Source of the DNA: Raja brachyura
Lineage: Eukaryota
NCBI GenBank assembly: GCA_963514005.1
Contig: OY740795.1
Span: 33,232,001-33,296,000, forward strand
Length of the DNA stretch: 64,000 bases
Direction of reading: 5' to 3'
Positions within the stretch are counted from its first letter, which is position 1; every line of letters begins with the position of its first letter. Both the position numbers and the translations under genes were made by a program. This document shows, in pieces, positions 11,671 to 26,476 of this stretch. The notes beneath the pieces are model-generated. The model saw only the letters and a list, made by a program, of their open reading frames with translations, was not told the DNA's origin and did no database searches.

Positions 11671-13374
11671 TGAGAGAGAAGCAGGTTTAACTTTTCAGGT
11701 CAGAGACCCTTCCTGTTGTCTGTTGCGAGTATTTCAGATTTCCAGCATCTACAATACTTATTAACATGAAGTTGCTTTTCATATGATTTCTTCCACATTA
11801 CAATTGACTGGGCTGCCAGAGACTAAAGACTGACATCAGACTAAATACCCTGCTGTAACAGGTTGACACTCCAACTAAGTTACCTCCAATATCAAGCCAC
11901 ATTATCATGAACAAGTCTGAATTGTGCACAACATCGAACATTGGCAAAACAGCCGTGAATCTGCTGCACAATTCACATTAAGGTATGGAAATAGGACGAA
12001 CAAAATCAAGGAATCTGGGACCCAGAGGTCTGGCAAGAAAATTAGAACTACATACTTATTGGACAAGTGGTACAATGCTGAATGCTATACCATGATGAGT
12101 ATCCCCAGTCAATTCCTTGCACTTAATCAAGTTATCAAGTTATAAAATGATTCCCTCAAATTATTTAACCTTTTTGCATTGTCAAGGATCTAAAATGCCT
12201 CAGCGGTGTTATATTCCAGGTCTGCTACTGGTTTCACATATTGTGCACCATACACTATCAAATGTTTTAATTCACATACTGTGCATCGTTAGCTATTAAG
12301 ACTGTGCATTGTACACTATAAAGCTACTTGATTTACACATTGTGCGCTATGAAGCTGTTTATGCCCCCCCCCCAAAAACAAATCCCTGTGCCTAAGAAAG
12401 GATCAGCAAGTGAAATAAACCACATTTTCCCACAAACAATTCAGCATCCTCCACTCGTGTGGTATTATTAAACAGCACAATTTGTAACATGGTAATGTTC
12501 ACCTGGGTGCAGCCAGGGCAGTCAAGGCCACATGAGGCCAGAATAAATGTTCGAAATTCAATTTGACAGCCCCTGTGCAGTGTTAATTATTGATATGAAA
12601 ACGGTTAGGGCACTTATTTATCATGCAGGCAGAAAATGGCTTAATTAGTTGCAACAAATGATGGTTTCCCTCTCTGGAGTTTTCATTTAAAGCCACAATA
12701 TACATTTTACAATGCCTCCACAGTAGCTGTCTTATGTGTCATTAGATTTAAGATTATGATTTAATCATTCTCAGCCTGGAGTTGATTTAAAAAAAAAAAA
12801 AATTTTAAAGCAGAAAGAAATGTGAAAAGAAGCATGTCTGTGAAAGGAAAATGTATGTAGGCAAGGTTGGGATAAAAGAACCAGGGAGCGAGAAAACATA
12901 TGGGGTGAACTGCATCATAACGGGGAGGTTTTAACTAGATTAAAGCAGCTTCCTCCATGGCCCGGGGGAATTAGACGATGCTTGCTGTGGTACAGAGTCA
13001 CAGGCAATCAAGTTGAAAGTCTCAGTCTTGCCTTAGTTTCAGGGGAGCAATGAACACGTGCTACGAGTTCTCCTCAAAAGTCCCACTGTGGGCTGGCACT
13101 AATCAGCCAGCAGTATTTCCCGGGATCACCATCCAATGATCCCTGCTGGCAAGTAAATGTGAACAATGGAGAATAGGTTCAGTCTCAATTGTGACATGCC
13201 ACAAATACAAATGTCTACCATCCAGTCACATGCAGAAGGAATATTCATTTGAGCAAGTTATTATCTGGGAAATGATAACTAAAAGGGATATGGAGGAGGA
13301 TAGTACAAGTTAACCCAAAATCGCTGTTTATGGACAATGATTCCTTGAAGCATCAGTTTGTCATATAATACTAT

Positions 13375-13710
13375 TAGCTTAATGGCAGCACTCTCGCTTC
13401 CAAATCAATAGACGTGGATAGAGGTCCAGTCCACTTCTGTACATAATTCAACTTTCATTACAGAACAGAGTTCTACACTTCTGGAGGTGTGATGTTCAAA
13501 TGAAACACAAAACCAACATGCCGTCTAGGCTGATGCAATTCCAAGAACTCCCTGATGTCCAATCCAACAACAAAAAACAGAGGAACGGATCATTATTCCA
13601 AATTGCTTGCTATGTCTTGTATTACAATAGTATCGTCACCGCATGAATTACTTCACTGCCTGAACAGAGTTTGAGCAAGGCACTAAATAAATTGCATTCT
13701 TTCTCTTCTT
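13375..13710 (+). mobile_element. Old DeuSINE/SacSINE1-like SINE remnant
   Basis: tRNA-like head (AGCTTAATGGCAGCACTCTCGCTTC) and tail AAGGCACTAAATAAATTGCATTCTTTCT; heavily diverged. A similar tail occurs at about 55400-55430. Confidence 0.5.
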
Positions 13711-16294
13711 CACAAATATGCCAGCCTCAGTTTTCCACTCCGTTTTAACAAAAGATTCACGTAGCCGCAACTAGAACAGCGTTTCATACGTAGTTTGCCA
13801 CAGTTGGTATTAACCCTGACCTCTGGCTTTAACACTAACATAGACACATATTTACAATTCTTAACTAGTCTAATTGAAGGCCATTGCCGCCAGACATGGT
13901 GCTTAAAATACACCGTGATGACCTGGTGCATTGTCAAGTGATGAACACAAGGAAGTTATTCCATGGTATCTTCTGGAAGAAGATTCAAACAACACTGGCA
14001 GTAACTTTCCTACCATCACCAATGAAACAGAACCTAGCAATATACTACCACTGATTGGATCAGAGGTCTACTTTAACAATGCATTACGAACGGCATGGGT
14101 AAGCCAATCTGGAGGTCAAATTGTATGCTGTGCTAAAGTGTCTGTGACCAGTATAAATTATGGTATCCTTTCAGCTTTAGAGCATTTATAGCAGTAGAAG
14201 TGCAAGTATTTGTTATAGCACAGTACACACTACAGTGCATCTTGAAATACGACATCTTGGTTTCATACAATTGTGGAATGAGTTAAAGCTTCACCCATAC
14301 AATTACTCTGACCTTTGTCCCCCCATAATCCCACTGAAATCCCCATTTAAACAAAATTCATTGCAGAATTAGTTAGCCACCAGGTCTCTTCCAAGTTGCT
14401 TCTCTGATATTATGATGTGTACACTGTTCAGGGAAAAGGCCTGTATGCTATCTAACAATGAACTCATTTCAAATCAATTTCCTAAAAATGAAGGTGTGTA
14501 AAATAAGAGCTGACCGAGTCAGATATACACAGGAATCTTCACATTACATGATGATGCGTTTGACTGTGTGGGGTGTACACATGCAAGATCAAATGACCCG
14601 GGCTCTTTAAAGCAATGTTGAAAGGTGGTTTAACCTCACTTACACAGGGTTTCTTGCATGAAACAGAAGTTAAACCAGTACCAAAGAACAAGAAGCTTGT
14701 GAAATGCCAATGTCACATTTACCGAGGAATGGACATTTCACAGAGACATGAACAATGATGTTCACACCAAGTTAAATGAAGTATAGGCCAAGAAACAATA
14801 CAAAATGGATACTGGCAATGCTGATGTTTTAAACATTAAAGTAAACAAAACAAACAATTTGTGTCAGTGGAGAAGGGAATGGACTAATCAGCACCCAAAC
14901 AAGCTAAACTAGCCTGGTGACCGCAATACATGTTTCACAAATTACATAAAGCAGCCAATTCTTATCCCTCGTTTAAAAGGAATTTTTTTTTTTTAAACCC
15001 TTACCAGTAAAACCCCGCTGATGATCTGAAAGTATGCTTATACCGAGATACGCAACTCGGCATCACTCCCTACCAACTCATTTTTATTATGTTCGAATCA
15101 GGTAAACATAACTGTCTTACATAACGAGCAAATGTCACAAACTATTTATTCATTCCTCTCCTTGGCAACAATCTGAACCAATTGCCAATTTGCTAGCAAA
15201 TGACAATAATAATTTAAAAAATTGCAGCAGCTACCACAGATCTGAAGTAAAACCCAAAAATGCTGGAAACACTCAGCAGGTCAGGCGGCATCTGTGGAAA
15301 GAGAAACAGTATTAACAATTCAGGTGCAAGACCATGATTGTTATAATGTCTCAATGTCCTACATCAATCAACTTCAGCCCTGCCTCCTCATCTGCCACTG
15401 AAACCCCCAATGTCCTTTTGTTGATGACTGCAAAGCACTTCTACTTTCTACTCTCTATAAACACGAGGCCACTTCAAACTCTGCTGCCTGTGTTTTAACC
15501 TTCTCCATAACCCACTCATCCATGGATGCTCTGACCTACATTGGCTCCAAACTGAGAATGTAATAGGCAATCAGGCCAGTTAAATAGGCTTCACCGCTGA
15601 ATAAAATTATACCTAATTTTATTCTACAAATCAATGTTGCTGATCTCAGAAACTTTATTCCATTTGTATGATCTTGGATTTAAATTCATTGTACTCCTTT
15701 CTTGCTTTCATGTCCCCCCCCCCCGCCCCATTTTTCATACAATAGGGGTTTCTATTGCAGTTCCTGCCACCAATGTTAAGACAAATTAGTCCACGTAAAA
15801 TCTTCCATCTCCTTTCCTAAATACTGATATGCAGCAAACTATCTACCAGTCTTCTGATATTTCACCTTTTTGCTAAAAACTTTACAGGTATCTCCTGCAT
15901 TACAGCAATTCGGGTTAAGGAGGTTTACCCTCACAGAATTTAAAAATCAGCACCCAAAAAAGTTGAGAGAAAATTTGCTCTCATGAAAGGTGACAAAAAC
16001 ACAAATAAACAAACACAAAATGTGCTTTTAACAAAAAACCTAGCATTTCTTGAAGCATGTGCGGATGTTGCAGCTTGCATCAATGTTGACACCCCAGATG
16101 ATGTGAGGGGTTGTCCATAATAGTGACTCCTCTACCTCTTGAATATATTTTTATCATTGTACGAGTCGATTCATCAAAGCCACAATTTTAAACATCCTTA
16201 TTTGTTTCTACACCCTTCCACGTCTGACTCCATTGGTTTAATCTCCCCCACCTCAACTGCCTTCTGGCGTACCTGTACTCTCCAATTATACCTA

Positions 16295-17150
16295 AGATTC
16301 AGATTAGTACATTGTCATATGTACCAGTGTGCAGTGAAATTCCTTGTTCACACAAGCTCAGAGTAAATAGTATACATGGTAACGATAAGCACAACAATAA
16401 AGACAGTGGTACATACAATGATCAGTATAGAATGGTACAACAATAGTGCAGTTTAAATAATAAAAACAAATAATAAGATGCTATAACAAAATAACCGAAT
16501 GAGGAAGAATTACAAATATGTCGCAATACCTCAAGGAATGAAGTGTGAAGGAGGAGATTACTTCAGGAGTCTGATGCTGTTCTTAAGTCTGGGATCTGGG
16601 ATCTCTCACTCCCCCAGAAGGTAGAAGAGAGAGAAAGGAATGGCCAGGATGGCAAACAGGATGACAGTACTTCCAGCCTTCCCTACGCAAAACACCATGG
16701 AGATGGACTAGATAGAAGAAAGTGATGAGCCTGTAATGGACTGGGTTCACCATTCTTTGCTGGTTTAGGTGATCAAGAACAGAGCAGCTGCGATACCAGG
16801 CAGAGATGCAACCCGCCAAATAGTTTCTATATTGATCAGCAGTAGTTCAAAGAATCCTCATGGACAGACCAAATTCCCGTCAGACGCCTAAGAAAAATAA
16901 ATAAGCTGGCACGCTGGTTTCATCACCACATCAGTGTGAAAGGACAAAGATAGATTGCTGATGATATGGATAATTATTGAAGCTGTCGATCACCTCTACT
17001 GCAGCGCCACTGATGGGAACAGACTGTGTCTAGTGCCTCCACTTACTTAGACCAACAATCAATTATTTCATTTTGCTGTTGTTTAGGGCGAGTTGTTGTT
17101 CTGACACCATGGCACAAGGTTCCCGATTTATTTTTTGGACACCATTTCAT
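16295..17150 (-). mobile_element. Rex1/Babar-like LINE 3' fragment, decayed
   Basis: ORF 16583..16819 includes GCISAWY and HPGHSFLSLLPSG, typical of the C-terminus of this clade. Confidence 0.75.
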
Positions 17151-17469
17151 CAGAATGTATGGAAATATTTCTAGCACACGATATTAGCTACTTCTACCTT
17201 CTTTGGTCTATGAAGATTAAATCTCCTCCATGAGATTTTCAGCTTCCTTGGAAACAACTAATAAGCTGAACGTGCATCAGACTTTTCAATAGCTTCCTGC
17301 CCATATGCTCAAATCCAACACTGATCAACTGATTAACAAACACGGTAGCTTGTTCAAAGGCAAAGCTATTGTGGTAGGATATAGACTGGGTATATGACAA
17401 AAATTCTCCTGCACTAAGACACAGGATAAGAGGATGGCTGAAATGGGGGAAAACAGAGTGCCAGAAAGT

Positions 17470-18240
17470 CAATAAGCAAAGAAATGGGCCTTTCTTTCTC
17501 CAACCATGTTCAACCTCAACACCAATCCTATTTGTTTGCATTAAGTCCATATCCTCCACACCATGCCTCTTCAAGTGTCTGTGTAAATCCCATCTAACCA
17601 CAATGATTATATCTGATTTCACCATCTCCTTTGGTAGTGCATTCCAGATGTCAACCATTCTCTGTGTAATGAAATGAACCGCCATAAAACTCCTCTCTCA
17701 CCTTAAACCCATCTCCCAAAGCTTGATACCTCTGCCATGGGAATTTTTTTTGTTGACTATTTGGCCTTATAACTTTCTATACCCATCAGATCACCAATCA
17801 GCCTCCCTTGCTTCAGGGAGAACATGTCATCCTATCCAATCTTATCCATAACTGAAGTCCTCCAATCCAAGCAACATCATGGCTTGTCTCCTCTGCACTC
17901 TTTCCAACACAATCACATCCTTCACATAGTATGGTGAGCAGAAGTGTACAATAATCTATATGTTGTCTAAACAATGCTTTGTGAAGTTACAGCATAACAC
18001 CCCATTTTATATATTCTATGCCTCGACCTATGAAGGCAAGCATGCCAAATGCAGTCTTCACCATCTGATCTAACTGTATTGCTACTATCAGGAAACCTGA
18101 AGCCCATAATCTCTCTGTTCACCAACATTCTTTGGAATGCCATCATATGCCCTACCCCAATTTAACTTCCCAAAATGCACCACCTCGCATTTGTTGGGAT
18201 TAAATTCCATCTGCCAATATTCTGCCCAATTTTCCATCAG
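17470..18240 (-). mobile_element. Old CR1-type LINE fragment
   Basis: ORF 17239..17685 begins ...FITQRMVDIWNALPKEMV, the CR1 ORF2 C-terminal motif. Confidence 0.8.
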
Positions 18241-18744
18241 TTACAAAATAAAACTTGGCGAAAGAATTAGCTAATCAGCTGGTGAGGTAGCTCCAGCGAC
18301 CAAGTTCAACCTAGCTGGTTTAATATGACCACCAAATAAAAATCAATGAATTTCCAGAGGGAAAGAAATTAGTAAGCCTCAGTAAGGATAAAGAGTTAGC
18401 AAAATCACCACGTTTTCCAGTTCAAATACAAAAGCAGTTTTAACTTACTTCCTGATATGCCATCAATATTAATGCTCACCTCTCCCACTGCCATTTAACA
18501 AGAGGTAGGATCTCCTTATTGCCGCTGGCGTGATGGCTCAGGTCAGTGGCTGATATTGCACTAAGATGGTAATGTTCACCAGGTGGAGAATCCATTACTG
18601 GATGGGACCTTGGATAGCCTGGCCAAGAAATATTCTTAACGGCAAAGGAACTTTTTTTTATATCAATAACTTAACACTTTTTAGGATTTACCCAATAATG
18701 GTATCTGATGATAGGATAAGAATTCTGACCTCTCGAGTCGTACA

Positions 18745-19392
18745 TCAGCATGAAAACAGGAAATTCAGCCACCTCGTCCATGCTAACCACGATGCCCCAT
18801 CTAGGCTAGTCCATTTGGTCTCACCATGCCCATGCCTCCCCAAATCTTTCCTATCCAAGTATCTAAATGTATTTTAAATTATATTGTACTTGTCTCAGCT
18901 ACTTCCTCTGGCAGCTCCTTCCATATACCCATCACCACAGTGTGCAAAAATGGCCCCTCTCTTCAATATTTCCCCTCCTACCTTCAACTTATTCCCTCTA
19001 TTCTTGATTGCCCTATCCTGGATAAAAGACTGTGCATTCACCATATCTATTTCTCTCATGATTTTATACCCCTCGAAAGGATCATCCCTCAACATCCTGC
19101 ACTCAAAAGATTAAACCCTTGACCTACCCAATCTTTATCTATAGGTCAGGTTGTTTTAGTCCTGACAACAACTTTGTAATTTTTCTCTGAACCCTTTCCA
19201 GCTCAATGGCATCTTTCCCATAGCAAGGTGACCAAAACTGTACACCAATACTCATGGTGTAGCCTCACTCACATCTTGCACAACTGGAACTAACATTGTA
19301 ACCTCTGTGCTGAATTCCAGAACTGATGAAGGCCAGCATTCCAAGACCTTCTTTGCCACCCTATCTACCTGTAATGCCACTTTCAGGGAAGC
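18745..19392 (-). mobile_element. Old CR1-type LINE fragment
   Basis: ORF 18895..19095 (LRDD..EGYKIMREIDMV...RGNKLKV) matches the CR1 ORF2 C-terminus. Confidence 0.8.
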
Positions 19393-21214
19393 AGTACACA
19401 AACAATAAGCATCTCACTTCAGCACAGCTTACAAACTTTGTGCAAGCATAGAACATTTCTGAAGGTAACCTTGTACAAAATACTAATGAGATAAAAGGAG
19501 ACCACTGAAGGTTCTAAGGGCTCTTTCCATTCTACTGGCACTGCTATCTGGTTGAGGATAATCATCAATATTGGTATGCCAAGTCATCAGTGCCAGATAG
19601 ACAGCGCTGAACATGCGTGCATCAACTTGCCTGCAAATCAATAGGAAGATATATCTGTCAACTAATGCAGATTGCTACAAACCAGCAGCAAAATCTGAGC
19701 TCTGTATAAAATTAAGTGCATAAGTGTAAAAATACCAGCCATACCTCCAATATTTTACCTACGTGTAATAGCTGGTCTGTACACAGATCATGAAAAGGAT
19801 ACCATTTTGTAAACTGCTAACATTTTGCAAGTTATAAATGATGACACGTTGATATGCTTAATTAATTAATTTTATTTAAAAAATAAAGCTAATACTAACG
19901 ACAAGTTCATAATAATTCTCCAAAATTAGATAAACAGGAATTTTATCATGGAACTCATATTAAGCTGAGCATTCAAATTAGTTCTCTAAATTCTGTGACA
20001 GGAAGCCTGAAACCACAATATGAATAGTTGCTACAGAGACTGGGCCGAAATAAACATATTGAAAAGTAGCCAATGAGATCAAATTTTACATCCCACATAT
20101 CATCGTTCTCTACATTTAAATAGAGATTGACGATACAACCTCTGCAATGTGTACTCTAGAAGGGATTCATACTTAATAAGCCATGCAAATTAATTCAAAC
20201 CCATAATTTGTTGTATTCAGGTCATCTGCCTTTTAGGCAGATGATGTGATTGATCTGTGTAATAGGCTACCCGAGTTATACTTACAAACTCAGGTCAGAC
20301 GGGGCATTAAACGCCAAAAATTCCTTTAAAACTTGCATATTTTGTAGGTACAAGTGCCTAGGAGAAGAAAACTAATGATTCCCTTTCCTTTTCTTTTTCC
20401 CTAACCCTACTCTGTTACTTCCTTTACCCCCAATCATTCCCCAGCCAAGGGACACAAAATCTACCATCTACAAATGAAGTACAACCTGGTTTTTGGATTT
20501 GAATCCCTGCACTGACATGTCAGTCCCCAGATGGAGTTGACGAGGGTCTAAGGGCCATCCAATAGCGATAAGATTGCTTCAATACCCCATGACTATGATA
20601 AAGAGCCACATTAAACCACTGAACAAACTTCACCATGCTAAAATTGTATTTTATTCTGGTCCAATGGTCACAATGCAATTAATTTGAGTGATTTGTCAAT
20701 TTATTGTGTGAAAAAATGTTTTGTTTTGGGCTGGACAAGCAGTTAAGACTCTAAAAATATAGCATTTTTTTACTCCCCTTGAAGTTCAATTTCCACCAAT
20801 AAAATGGTCAGCAAGTGCAAGTTTGGAATCTGAGCCGCTGTGCAGATTGCCCAATAGTGCCCTTTCATTTATAAACCATCTGACCCATGGAAGCAACAGG
20901 AACAGTGCCTGGCATGAAATTGTATTTAAAGAGTTTTTTTTCCCCCCACCTGTGAGTAACATGTCCCTAGAAAAGTTACAAAAGGAAGATTCTGGTGAAC
21001 ACAGAAGCATTTACATTGAATTAAATTGCAGTTATACATTATTGAAAATTAACAAGTGCTCAAACAACATTTAACACTTAGTCCCAATGCAGACATGGAT
21101 TTCCCCAATGGCTTCTGGGTAAAGCAATATTTGGAAGAACTTCATCTGAATTGCACACTGATCCAGAAAGAAAACAGCATTATCAGTGAAGCCTCCCCCC
21201 ACTCCTTGACCTAC

Positions 21215-21347
21215 CTGTTTTGGGGTCCACATCTGCTGGTAAGTGTGGTGGGGGGTTACCTGGTGTGAAGTGTTCATTGCTGTACGTGATCAGCGGCGTT
21301 AGCGGGTGAACATGATGCGGATGCTGCACAACAGGTACTTTGTTAGA
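21215..21347 (-). CDS. TCF7L2: TCF7L2 internal coding exon (133 bp; common acceptor exon after the large intron)
   Basis: tttcttttggcag|TCTAACAAA...CCCAAAACAG|gtaggt. Translates [44 protein letters not shown](G), the recognised TCF7L2 sequence. Phase 0 start, phase 1 end. Confidence 0.98.
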
Positions 21348-21459
21348 CTGCCAAAAGAAAAACAGGAAGGAAAGTGGGTTAGACAGGAGTAACCAACCAA
21401 TGAACTGTGACTTAGACTAACGTATCAAGCTGGAGGCGGAGTGGTTTCAGGGCAGATTT

Positions 21460-21482
21460 GGGGGGGGGGGGGGGGGGGGGGG
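21460..21482. repeat. G23 homopolymer
   Basis: Read directly; lies about 110 nt upstream of the 21347 acceptor on the transcribed strand. Confidence 0.9.
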
Positions 21483-22377
21483 AAGAGAGGGAACACTTGA
21501 TATTTAACAGTCTTCTGCTAATCCCTCAACAGAGGATATTTAAGAAGATTAGGTGGTGCCAAAAATCAAGAGACCTATATTAGATGATGAATGGTTTGAG
21601 TCAGATTTTATTTTGATACATGTCATCTCCTTTTGGTTATCAATTTAAGAGAATTGTTACAAAGGGATTCAATTTGAATGACTTATAAAGCAATCATGTC
21701 TGTTACTATTTATTAATCAGGTTTTGATTTCTTAGCGACATACTTATTTTTACCACATCAAAACCAGAAATCCATTAAACAGGAACTATCTTCAACTAAG
21801 GAATTAGAGTCTAAAAGGTCACCTGGGGGAGAGAAATTATTAAAATACCAGTCCACTTACAATGATGGATGACTGTGGACAAAATGAGAGATGCTTTGCT
21901 TGATGTGCAGGAGAAACAAAATACCTGGTCTCTCGATTATTTTATTGACTCCAATCAAACTTCCTCATGATACCCTTACATCCAATCCCACCATTACAAA
22001 TAGAATAGACAACTTTGCATGAGATCAAATTCAATGAAGATAAAACTGGTCATACATTTACAAGTATATTTTATGCAACACCCCAGGAGATCAAATTAAT
22101 TGTAATAACTCAATCTTATTGCACTGCAAAATTAATGGGTGCACATACACGTGGATATAACTTACGGAAATAGATAAAGTTCAGAAGTAAGGCAATGGCT
22201 CATGGTACCATCAAGTTTGCTTTATTAGGGACAGATAGAGGTTTTACATGTCATGTGTAACTGCATGAGCAAGCAAGTATGTGATTCAAATTCACTCCTT
22301 GCTAACTGAGGACAGAAAATCTGAGATTAAAGTTTCACAGTAAAGTTTCACAGCCCCACTTTATACCCCCCTTTTAC

Positions 22378-22472
22378 CATACAAGCATAGAAAATAGGTG
22401 CAGGAGGAAGCCATGCGGCCCTTTGAGCCAGCACCACCATTTATTGCGATCATGGCTGATCATCCCCAATCA
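22378..22472 (-). mobile_element. Short CR1 3'-end fragment
   Basis: CATAGAAAATAGGTGCAGGAG...GATCATGGCTGATCATCCCCAATCA is the reverse complement of the CR1 tail. Confidence 0.85.
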
Positions 22473-24271
22473 TTAACCCATAGAAAGTCACCCAGACAAA
22501 GTCACCTGTGTACCAATACCCAGCATTTCTTACTATTTACACGGCGCCATCAGTCATTGTGCATCGTTAACACAATGCTCCATGTTTATTTAAAAGGTTG
22601 ATGAGTAAGTATACTTTGGATAAAAGTTTTAAGACAATTGTTGAACGTGACATTATGGCATTAAATTACTGATTACATTTTGATTGCGTGGAATACAAAG
22701 TGTACAAAATCCCATTTTCTAAAGCTGTTCAATAAGTTCTGCATATTTTGGGAAATATGTTTGATGTTCAGGATTTGCAGGACTAATATTGTTACTTTTT
22801 AATACAGCAGTGACGACCGGCAGTCGGCAATAACCACAAGCTCCTTTTTCTTAAAAAAGAAACAGATTAGCTTCCCGTTGAAACCAACGAGATGCAAAAC
22901 CTTGAACTTCAGCATGAAGATTTCATCACATTGCCACGGGGCATGGAATCGCAACAGTCTGCTTTACAGCAAAAGGCTTTGTCCACTGGCATCACAAGCT
23001 TCCTGTAAGTCCATGCTTTGGATAGAATTTGCTGCAAAATTCTGTGAGCAAACAGCAGGAGGTTTATTGCTAGTTATTTACTGTCTACAGTCGCTCCTGC
23101 TTCTAATTGGCGCCTGCAACTGTAATAATGAGGTTACAGGACACATGGACAATGCAGAGTAGATGATGATTCAGTTTCTTCCCCTTCATCAACAAACTAA
23201 TTTTGATTGTAATGAAACATTTATTAACAAAAAACAGTCAATTAGGCCCCAGCACAATACAACTGCAGTCCATCTCATTTAAGAGATTCCTTTGATATGC
23301 ACCACATTTCCTTTCAAAATCCATGTTATATTAAGTAAACCTCATGTTTTAGTCACACGAGAACTTTAATTTATCATGCATTTGCACACAAGAAAATTGT
23401 AGTTACCTCCTTTGCAAGGATCACAGTTCTAATGCAGACTAAAGGGTTTGGATTATTTCCTAAGGAGCTGGTGAACAGGAAAAGAATCTTAGCCATCCAG
23501 CTTCCTCTGCAGTACCAAGAGCTGATCTGATATAACCGATAAACTAACCTCGCGCTGATGAGACACGAATCGATCCAATTCCCTTTTGAATACCTTGCCA
23601 GGGCTCAAAAGTCAATTGGTCCAAGTGAGAGGTGCGCCTTAAGCCAAGTTCAACACATGCCTGTATTATTAAGCTTATAAATAATGACTGATTCTTTGTT
23701 TGAGCACCAAATACCTTTCCACCTTTACGTCACTGATACCATGTTAACATTTTAAAGAGTTGGGTAGTCGTCTTCTAACTCCCAACACTATTCTAAATAA
23801 GAATCCTGGCCAAATGATCTACAAATGGAATCAAAAGTTGCTTGTCGCACTGCCTCCTTATTGCGTGTGGCCGTGCCCATGTTTGCACACATTAATGCAA
23901 CTTACAGTCCAGATTTGACTGGCCACTCATGTACAATACAAAATAATCAGCAGCACTAAATAACAAATCTCGCTCAAGAGACCAAAAGATTTATTGATAT
24001 GGAAAGTCAGATCTGAGTAGATATGGGCAATCTACACTGGTTTTGATAAAATTGTGTATTACTGCGACTTCCCAGGATGTTGATCTTGCTTCAACAGGAT
24101 TAAAATTGCTTGCATCGTGGATTCCAGCAGCAGATATTTGATTGTCAGGAAAACAACCCAAATTAATTAGGAACAAGAATGTTATTTATTTTAAAGTAAT
24201 TCAAAAACTAACATAATATGACAGAGGTTCCTATAACAGTCAGACTCTTCATGATAAATGAGCATACAGAG

Positions 24272-24410
24272 GGGTGGGAGATTGCAGCCTTCACGTGGTC
24301 CACCCAGTTTCGGCTAATGCAATCAACCCGACATGCACAAACAGATAGATCAAATAGAACAAGTTGACCTACAACTTTAGGCTCTGCGCGCCATAGGCAA
24401 GAAGAAGAAG
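24272..24410 (+). mobile_element. Short retroposed element with a (GAA)n tail
   Basis: Ends ...GGCAAGAAGAAGAAG; flanked by the near-duplicate CATACAGAG / CACACAGAG. Family not assigned. Confidence 0.55.
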
Positions 24411-26476
24411 TTCACACAGAGAAAACAAAAAGACAGAAAAGTTGGACAGAAAAACCAAAACCAAGAGAAAAACAAAAACAAATAAAACAGAGGAAGGAGA
24501 GAATTTGCACTCACTTAGAAACTGTAATTAGCATTATTTAGTCAGCTGACCATAGTAAGAAATGTCTTAACATGAACTTGGCTGAATATTAATTTACCCT
24601 CCGTCAAATTGCACATTTGCATAATCGGATAGTGAGGTCGAACTGACGAACACTCACAAGTTGACTTTGAGTTTGTTTGCACTTTAAAATCCATTATCGA
24701 AGAAGACATTCAGGTGTTACAAGCGTCTTACAGAGTGAATAACAATGCAGGGCAGAAACAAGCTGAACACAATGCAGCTCTTCAGATCACATCATCAATC
24801 TTGTGAACAAAACATAGTTTGAAAAGTGGACTGCAGGGTTGAAGCAGGACCTAGAAGTTGCTTGAGAGCAAAGAGCCCAAAATGTTAGAGTGAGTTATGG
24901 CCAGAGTGCGTTGTACATAGATCACAGAAATATGATGTTGAATTTCAGAAAAATAATATTTATGGGATAAATGTTACCTATTAAGACAAATTAATAACCG
25001 GGGAAATTTAATGGAGACCATTGAATTTTCAGTTTTTAATTCACAGTTTATAAATGCATTTGTTAATTAAGCATATGTTTCTACTATGTCAAACTGATAG
25101 ATTTGAATATTTATACTTTTACATCTGTCAGAAAATATTTTGAAACTATTATAAATTCTGCAGAGGAAGTCAAGAGCCCCTTTAATATAACTGATTAGCA
25201 GGGACTTCCAATGACATCTAAAGACAGATCTTAAAGCAGTTATTAATAATAAGTAGAGTTCAAATGACAGGATTCGATGAACTCTACTAACTTGCTAGTA
25301 ACAGTATTGATTTTAATTCAGTTCCCTGACACGGTCTCCCCAAACGGGCCATCATTGCCTTAAGTAACAGCTTGATTTTTAAGTAGAAATACGGAGGAGT
25401 CTCTAACACATACAACCTTAATCACATTTCGGCAGTTGAATTCACTCGCAACCAATGTCTGAACCGAAAACGATTTGCACAAATAGATAAAACCTAACAG
25501 TGCAGAAAGCATCCCAAAATGAGTACTTGTTTATTATGTCAAGAATTAACCTATCTGAATCTGTAAGATTTTAATTTTGTTCCTTCAGAAATAAAGTGGC
25601 ACAGTGCCAGATAATTTTTGACCGAAAATGTTGAATAGCTTTGACTGTAAAATAGCAAAGCATTAAAATTTAAAAAAAGTCACAACTCATTATGAAATCC
25701 ACTTAATAAGATCTGATAGAGTGTTTGCTCTGACTTAAGTAGGCAATGAGAAGCAGTATTATTCAGATTATTTCATTTGGTACCACAATTATTTATTTTT
25801 GTAAGGGGAGCAGAGAAAATTGGATATTATTATGGCCCGCTTGAATTATGAAATAAACGTAAAAACTTAAAAAACTTGCAGCTGAACTGTAAGAGTGGTT
25901 ATAATTTTGCTAAAGCGATAGTTATAATTTGTCTGCCGGTATGCACAGCATTTGGTCCGATAAAACAACTTTAATTGCGCACACATTATTTATAATACTT
26001 TTACAGAAGATATCCAAATGAATAGTGTGGAAAGTTTTCTCTCCCTTTTCACTGTAATTCATTGCTCCAGTCCAGGTATGCTGGTTGGTTTGGTTCACAA
26101 GGTCCGCTGCAGAAATAGGCAAGATTGAATTTGGGATCAAGAGCACATTCAGAAAGTCCTTTGAGAGGCTGAGATGAGGGCAGAGACCTTGGGAACAATT
26201 CAAAGGGAAGACAGATTGGATAATTCAGGCCATTGACGTATAAGGATGGACACCATGGGATGTGCAATATTGCAACTTAGGCAGGACCTTAGAAGCAATT
26301 ATTTAAAATACACACATTTTATAACACACGGCAATTTTTACTTGTATACACTTCACATAGTTGGTATGTATCGATATCTGGACACATTATTCCCAAGGTA
26401 CCTGAAAAACCTCTCCAAAAACACAATTAATGCTGAACGGGAAATTTGCTGATGGACAATGCCACTATTTTACCGG

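Noticed and set aside
20222-20244. Perfect 10-bp hairpin TCATCTGCCT-TTT-AGGCAGATGA
   Set aside because: Too short for a pre-miRNA and plausible by chance in 64 kb.
22328-22353. 13-bp tandem duplication TAAAGTTTCACAG x2
   Set aside because: Ordinary slippage duplication with no functional indication.
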